64,000 nt of DNA from Yuukianura sp. NJ FZ-2021. Its lineage: Eukaryota. The stretch covers positions 8,804,001 through 8,868,000 of the forward strand of contig CM102283.1 of assembly GCA_046563655.1 (NCBI GenBank), in the 5' to 3' direction. The position numbers were made by a program, and so were the translations under genes. Shown piece after piece: positions 1 to 13,136 of the stretch. The notes under the pieces are model-generated. The model was given only the letters and a program-made list of their open reading frames with translations, was not told the DNA's origin and did not search any database. Every line of letters starts with the position of its first letter. Within the stretch, counting starts at the first letter, position 1.

Positions 1-203
1 TCATTTGTCAATTGCGGTGGGTTTTATCACGTGAGACACTTCCTGGTTGTCAGAAGTAAACTAGTAATTTCCAAGTGATACATTAATTAAATTAATTAAA
101 AATTCCAGACTTTACGCTAACAAAGTCCAAACTTGCACCAAACATTGCAGTTCTCAGGTAGGACTACTAAGAAGCCAGCGAATTCTTCAGTGTAAAAAAA
201 AGT

Positions 204-1157
204 ATGAAAATGAATTCCAAGATTTGTGTTCTAATTTCAATCTGCCTAATGGCGACAATTCCTATGGGCTCAGCGTTCAAAATATTTGGATTTGATCCGT
301 TCAATGCCCTGTTCGTTGGCGTCGACTACGTTTTGAACAACGCCACTGAAATCCCGCTTCCGGAGAAACCGAAACTGACCCTAGGAACAATCGAAGAAGC
401 CCAACATTACGTTCATTTTGCTGCTGCAACGTACTGTGACAACGAGAACCTAAGCGATTGGAGCTGCATCGAGTGTCGACGAGCAAGTCCGGATGTCAAA
501 CTACTAACGGTCATGACCGATAAGTGGCTAGCGACTCAGGGAATTATCACTGAAAATAAAGTCACGGATGAGGTCGTAGTGGTATTCCGTGGAAGCGTTT
601 ACTTTATGAACTACGTTCAAGATTTTGTTAACATGGGCAAAGGACCATCGCCCTACGGTGAACCAAATATAGAAATTCACAATGGATTCTTGGCCTCAAC
701 TGATTCAGTTTACGACGATCTTCTACCAATTGTCAGTAAATTGTACAAAGACAAGCCAAGCCGAACGATTACGTTGGTTGGACACAGCCTTGGAGCATCC
801 ATGGCCCTCTTGACATATTTCAGACTTCGGCATGACATTCCGGACGCCAAGTATCAACTTTTCAGTTACGGTCAACCGAGGACAGGAAATACCGCATTTG
901 CAGACTGGTTCAACAGCCAAACGTTGAAGACAGCCAGAGTTGTCAATGGTGGCGACATTACTCCGCATATCTTCCCTGCCTACTTGTCAAATGCGCATGT
1001 TCAAACAGAATTCTGGATCCATGATGGACAAACGACTATTTGCTCGCAAAAGGATTACGAAGATCCAAATTGTTCAAATTCAGTTGATGTCGACGACCTC
1101 AGTACAAAGGATCATTTGAACTACTACGGAACTGTATTGGGATCTTGTACAGAATGA
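204..1157 (+). CDS. Secreted class-3 lipase (Lipase_3, alpha/beta hydrolase), fungal Rhizomucor/Rhizopus-like, 317 aa, intronless
   Basis: Hydrophobic N-terminal signal (ICVLISICLMATIPMGSA). Family motifs VVVFRGS, IHNGF, nucleophile elbow GHSLG, YGQPRTGN, RVVNGGDITPH (catalytic Asp) and DHLNYYG (catalytic His). C-terminal Cys pattern (ICS...NCSNS...GSC). ATTAAA at 1185-1190. Confidence 0.93.
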   Translation: MKMNSKICVLISICLMATIPMGSAFKIFGFDPFNALFVGVDYVLNNATEIPLPEKPKLTLGTIEEAQHYVHFAAATYCDNENLSDWSCIECRRASPDVKLLTVMTDKWLATQGIITENKVTDEVVVVFRGSVYFMNYVQDFVNMGKGPSPYGEPNIEIHNGFLASTDSVYDDLLPIVSKLYKDKPSRTITLVGHSLGASMALLTYFRLRHDIPDAKYQLFSYGQPRTGNTAFADWFNSQTLKTARVVNGGDITPHIFPAYLSNAHVQTEFWIHDGQTTICSQKDYEDPNCSNSVDVDDLSTKDHLNYYGTVLGSCTE

Positions 1158-1316
1158 GAATAATTATGAGATTAACTAATCGGCATTAAAAAAAACAGTC
1201 ATGTTGGTCGTTTATGGTTCCATTAGGATAACAATTTAAAAAAGAATCTAACAATAAGTTATATTTTCATAACGTAAAAATGTATTGAGAAATACTGTCG
1301 AAACAAAAAAAAAAGA

Positions 1317-1436
1317 ATGCCAAGAGCACCCGGGGTTCCCAGGCGGTCACCCATCCAAGTACTAACCGGGCCCGACGTTGCTTAACTTCAGTGATCGGAC
1401 GAGAACTGGTGCTTTCAACGTGGTATGGACCTTGGC
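1317..1436 (-). rRNA. 5S rRNA: 5S ribosomal RNA (copy 1)
   Basis: Minus strand reads GCCAAGGTCCATACCACGTTGAAAGCACCAGTTCTCGTCCGATCACTGAAGTTAAGCAACG...TAGTACTTGGATGGGTGACCGCCTGGGAACCCCGGGTGCTCTTGGCAT, about 120 nt with complementary ends. Box A-like and box C-like internal promoter elements. T10 Pol III terminator at 1305-1314. Confidence 0.98.
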
Positions 1437-1594
1437 GAAATGTGACGGGAAAATAGCACATCATAAACTTCGTCACAACCACAACAAAAATCCGTCTGTG
1501 TGAACCCCGATCATCCAGTTTCGAATCAAATATACAAAATGATTATCGTTTTCAGTATTTTATGTAACTGTTTTTGCTCTTTGTAAATTTTGGT

Positions 1595-1610
1595 GGCCCT
1601 TAAAAGGGCC
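1595..1610 (-). other. Histone 3' stem-loop (H2B copy 1), followed by ACCA and the histone downstream element
   Basis: Minus strand GGCCCTTTTAAGGGCC-ACCA, then TACAAAGAGC. Confidence 0.96.
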
Positions 1611-1675
1611 TTTGGTCAAATAGGAATAATGTTGATAAATTAATTTGCATTTGGAGTAGATCTGTGATGTTGGAA

Positions 1676-2050
1676 TTATTTGGAGGAAGTGTATTTGGTG
1701 ACAGCCTTGGTTCCTTCAGAGACTGCGTGTTTGGCCAATTCTCCGGGGAGCAGAAGACGAACAGCAGTTTGAATCTCGCGGGAAGTGATGGTGGTCCGCT
1801 TGTTGTAGTGGGAGAGACGAGAGGCCTCAGCAGCAATCCGTTCGAAGATGTCGTTGACGAAGGAGTTCATGATTGACATGGCCTTGGAGGAGACGCCAGT
1901 GTCCGGATGAACTTGCTTGAGGACCTTGTAGATGTAGATGGCGTAGGACTCCTTCCTCTTCATCTTCTTTTTCTTCTTGTCCCCCTTCGAGATGTTCTTC
2001 TGCGCCTTCCCTGCCTTCTTCGCTGCTTTTCCGCTCACCTTTGGTGGCAT
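1676..2050 (-). CDS. His2B: Histone H2B (copy 1), 124 aa
   Basis: [18 protein letters not shown]...[21 protein letters not shown]...[10 protein letters not shown]. Intronless, with TATA at ~2131-2136 and a 3' stem-loop. Confidence 0.99.
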   Translation of the reverse strand: MPPKVSGKAAKKAGKAQKNISKGDKKKKKMKRKESYAIYIYKVLKQVHPDTGVSSKAMSIMNSFVNDIFERIAAEASRLSHYNKRTTITSREIQTAVRLLLPGELAKHAVSEGTKAVTKYTSSK

Positions 2051-2145
2051 CTTGCTTTGGTTGTCGAGAGAGAGGAGAGAATTCAGAGACTGTTGTCGAG
2101 TGAATGAGTGGATTCTGGGTTGTCTCCCCTTTTATATGAAAGTCA

Positions 2146-2390
2146 GAGGAGTAGGATTTGACAAAGTTTTACTCTTTTGGAGTTGGCGGGTGGTAAAAGC
2201 CATGAAGCGGCAAAGATGAAAAACCACAGAGGGACCATCCCAACTCCAACTCTCCCCCTCGACTTTGTCGGAGGAGTAGAATTTGACAAAGTTTTACTCT
2301 TTTGGAGTTGGAGTGTGTAGAAAGGGATGAGGTGGCAATGACAAAAATGCATGGAGGGACCACCATTCCACCCAACTCCAACTCTCCCTT
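2146..2390. repeat. ~125-bp imperfect tandem duplication in the H2B copy 1 promoter
   Basis: GAGGAGTAG(G/A)ATTTGACAAAGTTTTACTCTTTTGGAGTTGG occurs at 2146 and 2271. GAGGGACCA...CCCAACTCCAACTCTCCC occurs at ~2229 and ~2353. Confidence 0.85.
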
Positions 2391-2782
2391 TTCCACTTTT
2401 GTCAGTTGCAAAATGGCGCGAAATGGAAAAAGAAAAACCGCTTTTTCTGAAGAAAAACTGCCAACATGACATTGCATTGGCGTCTTTTTATGAAACGAGT
2501 ATTCATGCAAATATTTTTTTTTGTGGTTTTCCAACCCCTCGTAAAAAAAGTGTCTTCTCAAAATGAAATTTTTGTAAAAACTAAACGAAATGACATTGAC
2601 AGTGAATTTATGAATTTGAACGTCTTATTTTATTATATAATTTATTATATTTTATTGAATAGAGGGACCGGAATATAAGAGTTCATGACCAATCGGAGTC
2701 TCCGAGTTCAAAATTAACTACGCCAAGTTGCCCTAACGCCAATGCATTTTCATATCAAGTTTTGCTCTTTGTAAAATGTGGT

Positions 2783-2798
2783 GGCCCTTAAAAGGGCC
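2783..2798 (-). other. Histone 3' stem-loop (H2A copy 1)
   Basis: GGCCCTTTTAAGGGCC-ACCA...TACAAAGAGC. Confidence 0.96.
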
Positions 2799-2832
2799 GT
2801 TGGTTTAAGTTCTTTGATGGTTGGAGATGAGT

Positions 2833-3282
<450 letters not shown>

Positions 3283-3781
3283 TCACCTTCAATTTATACC
3301 CTCTCTGTGGAGTAGAATTTCACTGTGAAAGAGTAACTTCTAACTCCTTAAGTGGGGTAGAAGTTGGTGCGGACGTGAAAGGGAGCGGCATCGGCTTTTT
3401 TTTTATGAATGCAGTCTAGGCATGCATGGCACATAATTTCATAGTAATTCGTAAACTATTAAATTTAATGAAACTTAATGTAATTTAATTATATTTAAGC
3501 ATTACTAATTTAGCTTATTCTATTAGCGGAATAGAATGCGTCAGCGATTGCTTGTATTTATGTAGTAGAAACGGACAAACTGAGGCGGATGATTGTAATT
3601 TTTTTTATATTCTAACTTGAACGAAGTGTCGTAGAACATGACCTTTGACCTCAGCATTATGATTTTCTGTTAGTAACCAACGGTAAAACATGCATTTCAT
3701 TTATATTTTTTATAGAATTGTAGTGTGCAACTGCAACATCAATTCGTGTATTGATTTTTTTAGCTCTTTGTAGATTGTGGT

Positions 3782-3797
3782 GGCCCTTAAAAGGGCC
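3782..3797 (-). other. Histone 3' stem-loop (H4)
   Basis: GGCCCTTTTAAGGGCC-ACCA...TACAAAGAGC. Confidence 0.96.
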
Positions 3798-3833
3798 GTT
3801 GGTTTAATGCTTCGATGAGATGGTGATGTTGGT

Positions 3834-4274
<441 letters not shown>

Positions 4275-4630
4275 TTACTTTGCTATGTTTTGCATGCGCA
4301 TGCGTCAAGGTTAAGCCACCATAATATTTCAACGGAAGAAAACACGAACAAAATTCCCGCCAATGCAAAAACTAACGGTTCTTCGCTTTTTGTTACCAAA
4401 ATTAATGTTTTAGCAAACAAGAAATAAATCAATCAAGATTTAATTAATTTTGAACTAATTATAAACTCATTTGAGAGAAACACGGTGCAAATGAAATGAA
4501 ATTTAGATTTTTAGGAATCTTTAGAAAATATACTAACGTCATAACACGGTTGCAGTAAAGTGTCAAAGTTTTGTTAAATCAAAAAGTACGTAAGTATTTC
4601 ATGTGATTTTTGCTCTTTGTAAATTTTGGT

Positions 4631-4646
4631 GGCCCTTAAAAGGGCC
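4631..4646 (-). other. Histone 3' stem-loop (H1)
   Basis: GGCCCTTTTAAGGGCC-ACCA...TACAAAGAGC. Confidence 0.96.
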
Positions 4647-4680
4647 TTTGGTTGAATTCATTTAATTGGAGTTGTTGATT

Positions 4681-5469
4681 TTACTTCTTTTTGGATGCTG
4701 TTTTTTTCGGAGGTGAAGCTTTCGGAGAAGCAGCTGCTTTTCCTTTCGGCGGGAGTTTGATTTTGGCAGCAGCTTTGGTCTTCTTGGCTGGTGGAGATTT
4801 CTTGACAGGAGACTTTGGTGCTGGTGGTGGGGCCTTGGTCTTCTTAGCAGCAGCTTTCTTTGGTGGCTCAGCTGGGGCTTCCTTCCCTGGAGACTTTGGT
4901 GGAGATGCTTCCTTCTTGGCTGGTGGAGCAGGTTTTTTAGCCACGGCTTTCTTAGGTGGTGACTTCTTCGGAGATGCTGCCTTCTTGACTGGAGAGGCCT
5001 TTGGCTTTTTGGCCACTGCTTTCGGCTTCTTCTCTCCGGTGGCTGATTTGGCTTTGTCCTTGGATGGAAGTTTGAATGACCCTGAAGCTCCGTGACCTTT
5101 GGTCTGAACCAACTCACCAGACTCCACTGCTTTCTTCAAGTACTTCTTGATGAAGGGAGCCATCTTGTCAATCTCCACCTTGTGAGTCTCCACCATGGAC
5201 TTCTTGATGGCAGCCAGTGAAGATCCATTTCTTTCCGCCAGTCGCTTGATGGCTTCCTTGACCATGGATGCTGTTGGTGGGTGGGTTGGAGCAGCCTTTT
5301 CCTTCTTCTCAGCCTTGGCTTTTGGTTCTTTTGGCTTCGGTGGTGGCTTGGCAGCGACTGGAGCCTTGGCCTTGGTGGCTTTCGGTGCAGCGGCAGCTCG
5401 GCCCTTCTTCTTTGGAGATGCTGGTGGGGCAGCAGCGGGAGCAGTTTCGGTGGCTGTTTCTTCTGCCAT
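4681..5469 (-). CDS. His1: Linker histone H1, 262 aa (ATG at 5469, MAEETATE...)
   Basis: Globular domain [28 protein letters not shown]...[15 protein letters not shown]. Lys/Ala/Pro-rich tails and a 3' stem-loop. Confidence 0.97.
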   Translation of the reverse strand: MAEETATETAPAAAPPASPKKKGRAAAAPKATKAKAPVAAKPPPKPKEPKAKAEKKEKAAPTHPPTASMVKEAIKRLAERNGSSLAAIKKSMVETHKVEIDKMAPFIKKYLKKAVESGELVQTKGHGASGSFKLPSKDKAKSATGEKKPKAVAKKPKASPVKKAASPKKSPPKKAVAKKPAPPAKKEASPPKSPGKEAPAEPPKKAAAKKTKAPPPAPKSPVKKSPPAKKTKAAAKIKLPPKGKAAASPKASPPKKTASKKK

Positions 5470-6059
5470 TACTGAAAGTGGTTTGGTAAATGTGGGAGAC
5501 GAGAGTTTGCTTCGAATAATCAAAACGAAAATTCATACGCAAGTGAAGAAAAGACTGGTGAGGATGAAGGTATTTGAAGGGGAGTGCGGACCAGCGAGCT
5601 AACAATGTTTTACTCATGACAGAGTTAAATTCTACTCCTGAAAGAGTACAATTCAACTCCTTTGTGGAATTTTTGTTCTCCCCGAGGCAGATTTTTTATT
5701 TTCGAAATTCTATTTTCGTTTTCTTCGGCAACTTAAATGGATTTTTGTGAAACTCTTTTTTTGTAAAAACGCATTTTACATACTTCTTCAAAAATTAAGA
5801 ATAGTTTTTCGCCTAAAATGTATGTAGTGTTGCTTTTTTCTAGATTTTCGTTTCCGCGTGTGTTTAATGAAATTTGAGGTCATGTCGAAATTCTAGTCGA
5901 ATTTATCGAAAACGAAGTAAATTCAGATTCAAGAGAAAATACATTCGGCATTTCATAACAATAGCAAGAGATTCCGTAATTCATGAACATTGATATCAAT
6001 GGGTCAAAGGCCCAACATATTTCGAAATAAATCGTTTTTAGCTCTTTGTAAAATGTGGT

Positions 6060-6075
6060 GGCCCTTAAAAGGGCC
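6060..6075 (-). other. Histone 3' stem-loop (H3)
   Basis: GGCCCTTTTAAGGGCC-ACCA...TACAAAGAGC. Confidence 0.96.
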
Positions 6076-6105
6076 GTTGGTTTATAATTTGGATGTTGAG
6101 AAGAT

Positions 6106-6609
<504 letters not shown>

Positions 6610-7062
6610 TTATAAGGTTTGGGAGGAGTAACAAGTAACTCTTTGCACAAATTCTCATTGGGTGGAGGGGCAGATTTTTTTTTCTAGTAACCCCGCTTGA
6701 ACACAATGGGACAAAAAAGGAAACGGCGGGGAAAAGGACCCCAAGCAGGAAGCCCGGGTCTTTTACAAAAGAAATAAACAAAATCAGGATTGGTTTTCAA
6801 AATTCTCACAATAATGCAAAGTGTTTGAAGCTTAAATTATATTTTCAGCAACATTTTAACTAAAATTTTCCAGGAATGAAGAGTTAAGGCTTGATTTATT
6901 TTCAAGTACATTGTACTCTGTGTACCAGAATTCTAGTAATCTGAATCACTGAACATAATTTATAGTTGTAAGTAAATTGTAAATGCGGAAAAATACGTTT
7001 CATTTTCATAAGTTATTGTAAAAATTGTATTGAGAAACACTACTGAAACAAAAAAAAAATGA

Positions 7063-7182
7063 ATGCCAAGAGCACCCGGGGTTCCCAGGCGGTCACCCAT
7101 CCAAGTACTAACCGGGCCCGACGTTGCTTAACTTCAGTGATCGGACGAGAACTGGTGCTTTCAACGTGGTATGGACCTTGGC
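7063..7182 (-). rRNA. 5S rRNA: 5S ribosomal RNA (copy 2)
   Basis: Identical by eye to copy 1 over 120 nt. T-run terminator at ~7050-7059. Confidence 0.98.
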
Positions 7183-7317
7183 GAAAGCAGTAGTGAAAAT
7201 AGAACATCATAAACCTATAAACCAAAAATAAAATAAAATTCTTCAAGATTTCGAAAATTCTGAAACAAACTTGAATTTCCTTTTCATATTTAGTTTTTGC
7301 TCTTTGTAAATTTTGGT

Positions 7318-7333
7318 GGCCCTTAAAAGGGCC
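7318..7333 (-). other. Histone 3' stem-loop (H2B copy 2)
   Basis: GGCCCTTTTAAGGGCC-ACCA...TACAAAGAGC. Confidence 0.96.
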
Positions 7334-7361
7334 GTTGGTTTAGGATGCTGTGATGTTGGAA

Positions 7362-7736
7362 TTATTTGGATGAAGTGTATTTGGTGACAGCCTTGGTTCC
7401 TTCAGAAACTGCGTGTTTGGCCAATTCTCCGGGGAGCAAAAGTCGAACAGCAGTTTGAATTTCCCGGGAAGTGATGGTGGTCCGCTTGTTGTAGTGGGAC
7501 AGTCGAGAGGCCTCAGCAGCAATCCGTTCGAAGATGTCGTTGACGAAGGAGTTCATGATTGACATGGCCTTGGAGGAGACGCCAGTGTCCGGATGAACTT
7601 GCTTGAGGACCTTGTAGATGTAGATGGCGTAGGACTCCTTCCTCTTCATCTTCTTTTTCTTCTTGTCCCCCTTCGAGATGTTCTTCTGCGCCTTCCCTGC
7701 CTTCTTCGCTGCTTTTCCGCTCACCTTTGGTGGCAT
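7362..7736 (-). CDS. His2B: Histone H2B (copy 2), protein identical to copy 1
   Basis: Same translation as 1676-2050, with synonymous differences. Confidence 0.99.
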   Translation of the reverse strand: MPPKVSGKAAKKAGKAQKNISKGDKKKKKMKRKESYAIYIYKVLKQVHPDTGVSSKAMSIMNSFVNDIFERIAAEASRLSHYNKRTTITSREIQTAVRLLLPGELAKHAVSEGTKAVTKYTSSK

Positions 7737-8273
7737 CTTGAATTGGTTTGGTTGTGGAGAGAGTAGGAAATTCAGAGACTGTTGTCGAGTGAATGAGTGG
7801 ATTCTGTTTCGTCTCTCCCTTTTTATATGAAATCCAGAGGAGTAGGATTTGACAAAGTTTTACTCTTTTGGAGTTGGAGGGTGGTGAGGTGGATGAGGTG
7901 GCAATGGTGGAAATGCATGGAGGGACCACCCCAACTCCTGCTTTCCCCCGACAGATGTTGACGTCAATCGTAACACCAACAGGCCAGGGTAGGGTTCGAT
8001 GACACCATCTCATTTTCTGAGTCGTATTCGCAGATTTAAGAGACGACAATAATAATTAAATTAACTTAAATATAATACAGTGAAGCAATTTATTCATATA
8101 TGTATATGTTTGAATCTATATGCATTTATGAAAATATATCTAGAAAGACATTGACAAAATGACAATGAAAATGAGAACGAAATTACAGACACCTCATGCG
8201 GAATCCAACACAAAAGCAATTTTTTAGCAGTTTTTAATCGGTTTTTCAGATTTTGCTCTTTGTAAAATGTGGT

Positions 8274-8289
8274 GGCCCTTAAAAGGGCC
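8274..8289 (-). other. Histone 3' stem-loop (H2A copy 2)
   Basis: GGCCCTTTTAAGGGCC-ACCA...TACAAAGAGC. Confidence 0.96.
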
Positions 8290-8324
8290 GTTGGTTTAGC
8301 TTTCGATGGTAGGAGGAGATGAGT

Positions 8325-8810
<486 letters not shown>

Positions 8811-8938
8811 TCAAAAGAGTCACAGGTTACTCCCGCTGGAGTAGGACAAGCTACCTTTTTCTAGTATTAAAACGGGTGCGCACCGCGGTGCGAACAAAAT
8901 TGCTTCAACTTCAAAACCATGCATGGTCACGTGTGTCG

Positions 8939-8955
8939 TTGGCGCGAATTTTGAA
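8939..8955 (+). promoter_or_regulatory. E2F/CDE plus CHR-like (DREAM-type) element in the H2A-Nup88 divergent region
   Basis: TTGGCGCGAATTTTGAA parses as GGCGC, a 4-nt spacer, then TTTGAA. Confidence 0.5.
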
Positions 8956-9338
8956 CTTTTGAATTCTAAAAAGTGCGAAAGTTTTTATTTGGAATTTATT
9001 TATTTATTTTTTTGTAAAACTCGGTATATCGGTTCGGTTCTCACGTTGTTGGCTGTCGGTTAATCTTGGTTAATCAGAATCTGTACTTCAGTTTGTGAAT
9101 ACGATCTTACATAAAATCAAAGCACATGATTTTAATTGACTATTGATAAAGAAGCATAAACAGGTAAGATTCTGAACTAGAGTTTAGTTAATAGGAGTTG
9201 GGTCAATTGTCAGTAAAAAGTTGAAAAACGTTATTTGGAATTTATTAAATTAAGTTCTCATTATCTCATTCCCTGGGGACATTTTTTCAGCTTTTGGTTA
9301 TGCTAATTGTCCTTTCTGTATTTCCAGTTACATAAAAG

Positions 9339-11345
9339 ATGGCAAATACTTGGAGGAATCTTCATCAACCAAAATTCTTTGAACGATTTAAAACGGCCGG
9401 TATTAGCTCGCCGAAAACAGCTAAGGCACAGAACATCATCCACATTTGCGATGACGTATACTACTACTGGAGATCCAGCTCAAAAACCATCATCAAAGCT
9501 CACTCGTCGGATATTTGGGAATCAGATGGATTTGAAGCACCTTATGAAGAATGGACCCTGTCCATACCTCTTCCGTTTCACGCTACGCACCTCTGCGTTC
9601 GAAAATTTCCGAAAGAAATATGTCTTCTGTGGGGACCTTTGGGAGCTGCCGTCGTTACTTTTCCCGTTGGCAAGAAAGCTGACCGTATCGCGACATGTGA
9701 AGTACTCGGGCCCATGAGTTACATCCATAATCCACGTCTAAATATTGTCCAAGCCAAATGGCATCCTTGTACAGTTCAAACAGTTGTCTTGATTCTCAAT
9801 AACGACAACTTCATCCGGGTATATTCGCCTGACGATCCGGCAGCATGCATCGCGGCAACACCGGCTGGACCATTGGATACTGTCCCATTCCATTACAAGA
9901 GAAATTCAGGAAACCTTGAAACTGCAATTGATTTTGATTTTGGTCCTCATCTCTACGAAAACGACTATTGGCCAATCTTTCTTTTAAAGTCAAGTGGAAC
10001 CATCTCCTACCTACTTATGAAATTCATTGGACGTACTTGCCGATCTGTATGGGAGGAAGAGAAAGTCGTACCAATTGACGGGGAGCTGGAAGACATCTTG
10101 GAGCAGCCAGCGACACTTTTAGTCGGCAGAACCTTCCCTCTCCTAATTACTGTCGGAGGTCTCGGAGGTTCTTTTTACCACACAATACTGCTGCCAACTG
10201 AATCCGAAGAAGTAAGTACCGGCTCTATCAACCTAGAAAAGTCATTTGTGTCTGGAGATGTAACTCTGTTCGTGAAGGAAATCGTCGTTCTGGAGTCGGA
10301 AGATGAACTCACGTCAATTCAGATTATTCCGGATCCAATTTGCTCTTACCGATATGCATGTGTTCACCAAGAAGGCGTCCATCTTGTCACAGTTAACTTC
10401 GTTGCTCAACTGACGAAACTATTGGCTTCAAGTGGGTCAGCCGAGACTTTTCACAACAGTAATACCACAGCCACATGTACCTACCTCATTAGCTTCAAAG
10501 ATGTCAAGGACAAGGATTCTACTTTTCTAACTGCAACATTATCCGACTCGTTTCCTCAGAAGTTTATCGCAGTTACTGGATCCGGAGAGACGCTGGTTGC
10601 TGAAATTCCTAAATTCAGTGGTACAGAGCTCCAATTCGAGGATGCTGACGATGCACTTTATTTTTCCCCGCCCAGATTGAGTCAAATGGCACTGAATGCT
10701 TTGCATAACGTGACTTCAATTTTGTCCAGACCGTCTAATCTATCAAGTCCGGCAGTATCTACAGGGATGAGCCCAGAAATGAAAGAAGATACAATCCTGG
10801 AGTGGGTGAGGACTATTCAAAAGGAATACATTTTTAAACAGGAGCAGGCACTCAAGTTCTTGACCGCTGCGACATCAAATCTTCTGGATCGTGTTGATGG
10901 ATTACAAGTACCACTTGCTCAACTTCGTCAAGAGCAACCAGCACTTCGAGCTCAAGCGGAAGAACTTGCCGAAAAGTATGAAGAACTCAATGACATCCAG
11001 ATCAAACTTAACAAGAGATTTCAAACTGTCATGTCCAAACATCATCGGTCGCTTTCCGTTATGTCTGATGAAGAACGGAAATGGGCAACGAAATTCAAAG
11101 AACTTGAACTGGACCTTCCACAAATTAATGACCAAGTTGAAGTACTGAAAAGCTTGGCTCAAGACTGGGTAAACACCGAAAATGTTAAGCAAGAGGTCAC
11201 TCCAGAGAAGAGTGCAGTGTCGCCACGGCCTAAAATTTCAGCGATGGACTTGCTCAATGTCAAACGGGAGGTGATTCAACATCAGAAAGCTTTGGCGGAA
11301 CTTTCCCAATCAATTCATGAAATCAACGACAACATTTACCAGTAA
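9339..11345 (+). CDS. Nup88: Nucleoporin Nup88 (mbo-like), 668 aa, single coding exon
   Basis: Beta-propeller motifs IVQAKWHP, ILNNDNFIRVY, AIDFDFGP, WPIFLLKSSG and RYACVHQEGVHLV. C-terminal coiled coil (LRAQAEELAEKYEELNDIQIKLNKR...MSDEERKW). Probable 5'UTR intron 9164-9327 (GTAAG...TTTCCAG). Confidence 0.85.
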   Translation: MANTWRNLHQPKFFERFKTAGISSPKTAKAQNIIHICDDVYYYWRSSSKTIIKAHSSDIWESDGFEAPYEEWTLSIPLPFHATHLCVRKFPKEICLLWGPLGAAVVTFPVGKKADRIATCEVLGPMSYIHNPRLNIVQAKWHPCTVQTVVLILNNDNFIRVYSPDDPAACIAATPAGPLDTVPFHYKRNSGNLETAIDFDFGPHLYENDYWPIFLLKSSGTISYLLMKFIGRTCRSVWEEEKVVPIDGELEDILEQPATLLVGRTFPLLITVGGLGGSFYHTILLPTESEEVSTGSINLEKSFVSGDVTLFVKEIVVLESEDELTSIQIIPDPICSYRYACVHQEGVHLVTVNFVAQLTKLLASSGSAETFHNSNTTATCTYLISFKDVKDKDSTFLTATLSDSFPQKFIAVTGSGETLVAEIPKFSGTELQFEDADDALYFSPPRLSQMALNALHNVTSILSRPSNLSSPAVSTGMSPEMKEDTILEWVRTIQKEYIFKQEQALKFLTAATSNLLDRVDGLQVPLAQLRQEQPALRAQAEELAEKYEELNDIQIKLNKRFQTVMSKHHRSLSVMSDEERKWATKFKELELDLPQINDQVEVLKSLAQDWVNTENVKQEVTPEKSAVSPRPKISAMDLLNVKREVIQHQKALAELSQSIHEINDNIYQ

Positions 11346-12411
11346 TTCTTTTTGGTTAATTCCCAGAATTCAGTTAATAAAGAGGATTTTTTTTACTATC
11401 TTAAATAATAGTTCTATTTTTTATTTCTGACCCTTTGTTTATTACATTTTCTCGTGCTAAAATCAGTTGCACATCAAAATAGTCGGAATTTTTGGTACCG
11501 CCAATTATACTTTTACTGGTTACCTGTAAACGAAAGCTCAATATATCCTGATGAGAAGTTATAGGTAAGAGGTAATTCCGCAACTGTAACGCCGTATCCG
11601 AATGATGGAAAACTTTAAAACGTAACTCTCTGAAGCTACAATTTTCGAAAATAATGTTTTTCTTTTCTTTTTCATGTCACTTTGTAACTGTGGGGAGTGT
11701 GACAGTGGTTACGATTCTTCAAAAGTCACGATTAGGCTGAAATACTCCTTAAAATGTACTTTCCTCATTTATGAGAAATTGAAAAAATTCCAAAATGTTG
11801 TTTTTTTTTTTAAATACCTTCTAACTTTCTACAGTAGTACTTTTGAATAAGTGTGTACGAGAATGAGAATAATCAAAGTTTTTCCGTACGGAATTCAATT
11901 GTTGTGAAATAACAAAATATTATTGGATCCGAACTGATTTTAGGAAATCATATGAACTTATGTAAGTAAATACGTTTAGAGTAACTTATAAGTTTTTACA
12001 CATCGGTTCTTCAATGATTAACCTTCAGTTGGGGGAACAATTTAGATTCTAATTGCACATAAAGCATAGATATCAAGACGATCTTATTTTTGAGGAAATG
12101 AACATGCTAAAATCAAATGGATTTTACATTTTACTAAGAATTAAGGCGGATTCTTATTTCCGCCATTTCCTTTAATTTTGTATGAGTATAGAGTGTGATC
12201 CCTGCCAAATTTAAAGACATTTGGATTGTAAAAGACCACAAATTAAATCCCCCCAAATAATTAAGAATTTATCTTTCTCAGCTCTGCTCACGTAAAGTTA
12301 TTAGAATTATTAGGGATACGGGGAATTTACGCTAATTCGCAATTTAATGTATGGATATTTCCAGTTCCATACGCACTGTTTGATTTCGATTTGTAGGATC
12401 AGTCGCTTCCT

Positions 12412-13136
12412 TCAGAACGTAGTGCCCTCAGCTGGTTGAGATAATTTCATGTTATCCTTGATTGTCATTAAGCGACGGATTTCCTGGAGTACCGTTTTAA
12501 TTGTGTAATCTCGCGACCATCGTGCTAGAAGTTGGACATTCCTTGGATCAATCTGCAACACAAAAATTGTCCATTTGTTAAGTTAAAAAGAGGCGCTGTT
12601 AGTCTCATCAGTGGCTTTGAATTCTTGACCTTACAATTTATTGCATTCAGTGGTAATCTTACCCTTCCCGTTGTGCTATCGACGCACGTCATATTTATTC
12701 TAGTGATAAATCGGAGAACTGGAGGTTCTTCTGGATATTTAGCAGAGCATTCCAACTTCACACTGTACATTCTGTTTTCGTAGGGGGTCTAAACAAAGTC
12801 AAACATAAAATTACACTTCATCAAGACCGACTTCACCTAATCCAGCCCGGTTAACTGCTATTCATTGACGTCATACATCTTATACTGAATCGTACTCACC
12901 CGTGGTGGTCCAATGATCATTCCAGTCCAGTTTGTCAAGGTCATGTCCTCATCATTTTCCAAGCCCCAGCTGATCGTTCCGTCTCCACATCCCTTCTGAC
13001 CTTGTTCCAGTTCCTCAAGTAGTCGAAAGTTCCGGGGAACAACTAGAATCCAACAAATTAACAATCAGTATTCCAAGTTACACCTCAGTAAAACCATCAA
13101 CCGCCTTTATAATGTAGTGACCTTACCACAACTCAT
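12412..13136 (-). CDS. Uev1A: Ubiquitin-conjugating enzyme E2 variant (Uev1A/UBE2V/Mms2), 139 aa, 4 exons
   Basis: Exons 13136-13127, 13042-12900, 12788-12663 and 12552-12412, all GT-AG and in phase. Protein [32 protein letters not shown]...[19 protein letters not shown]...[10 protein letters not shown]. Confidence 0.96.
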
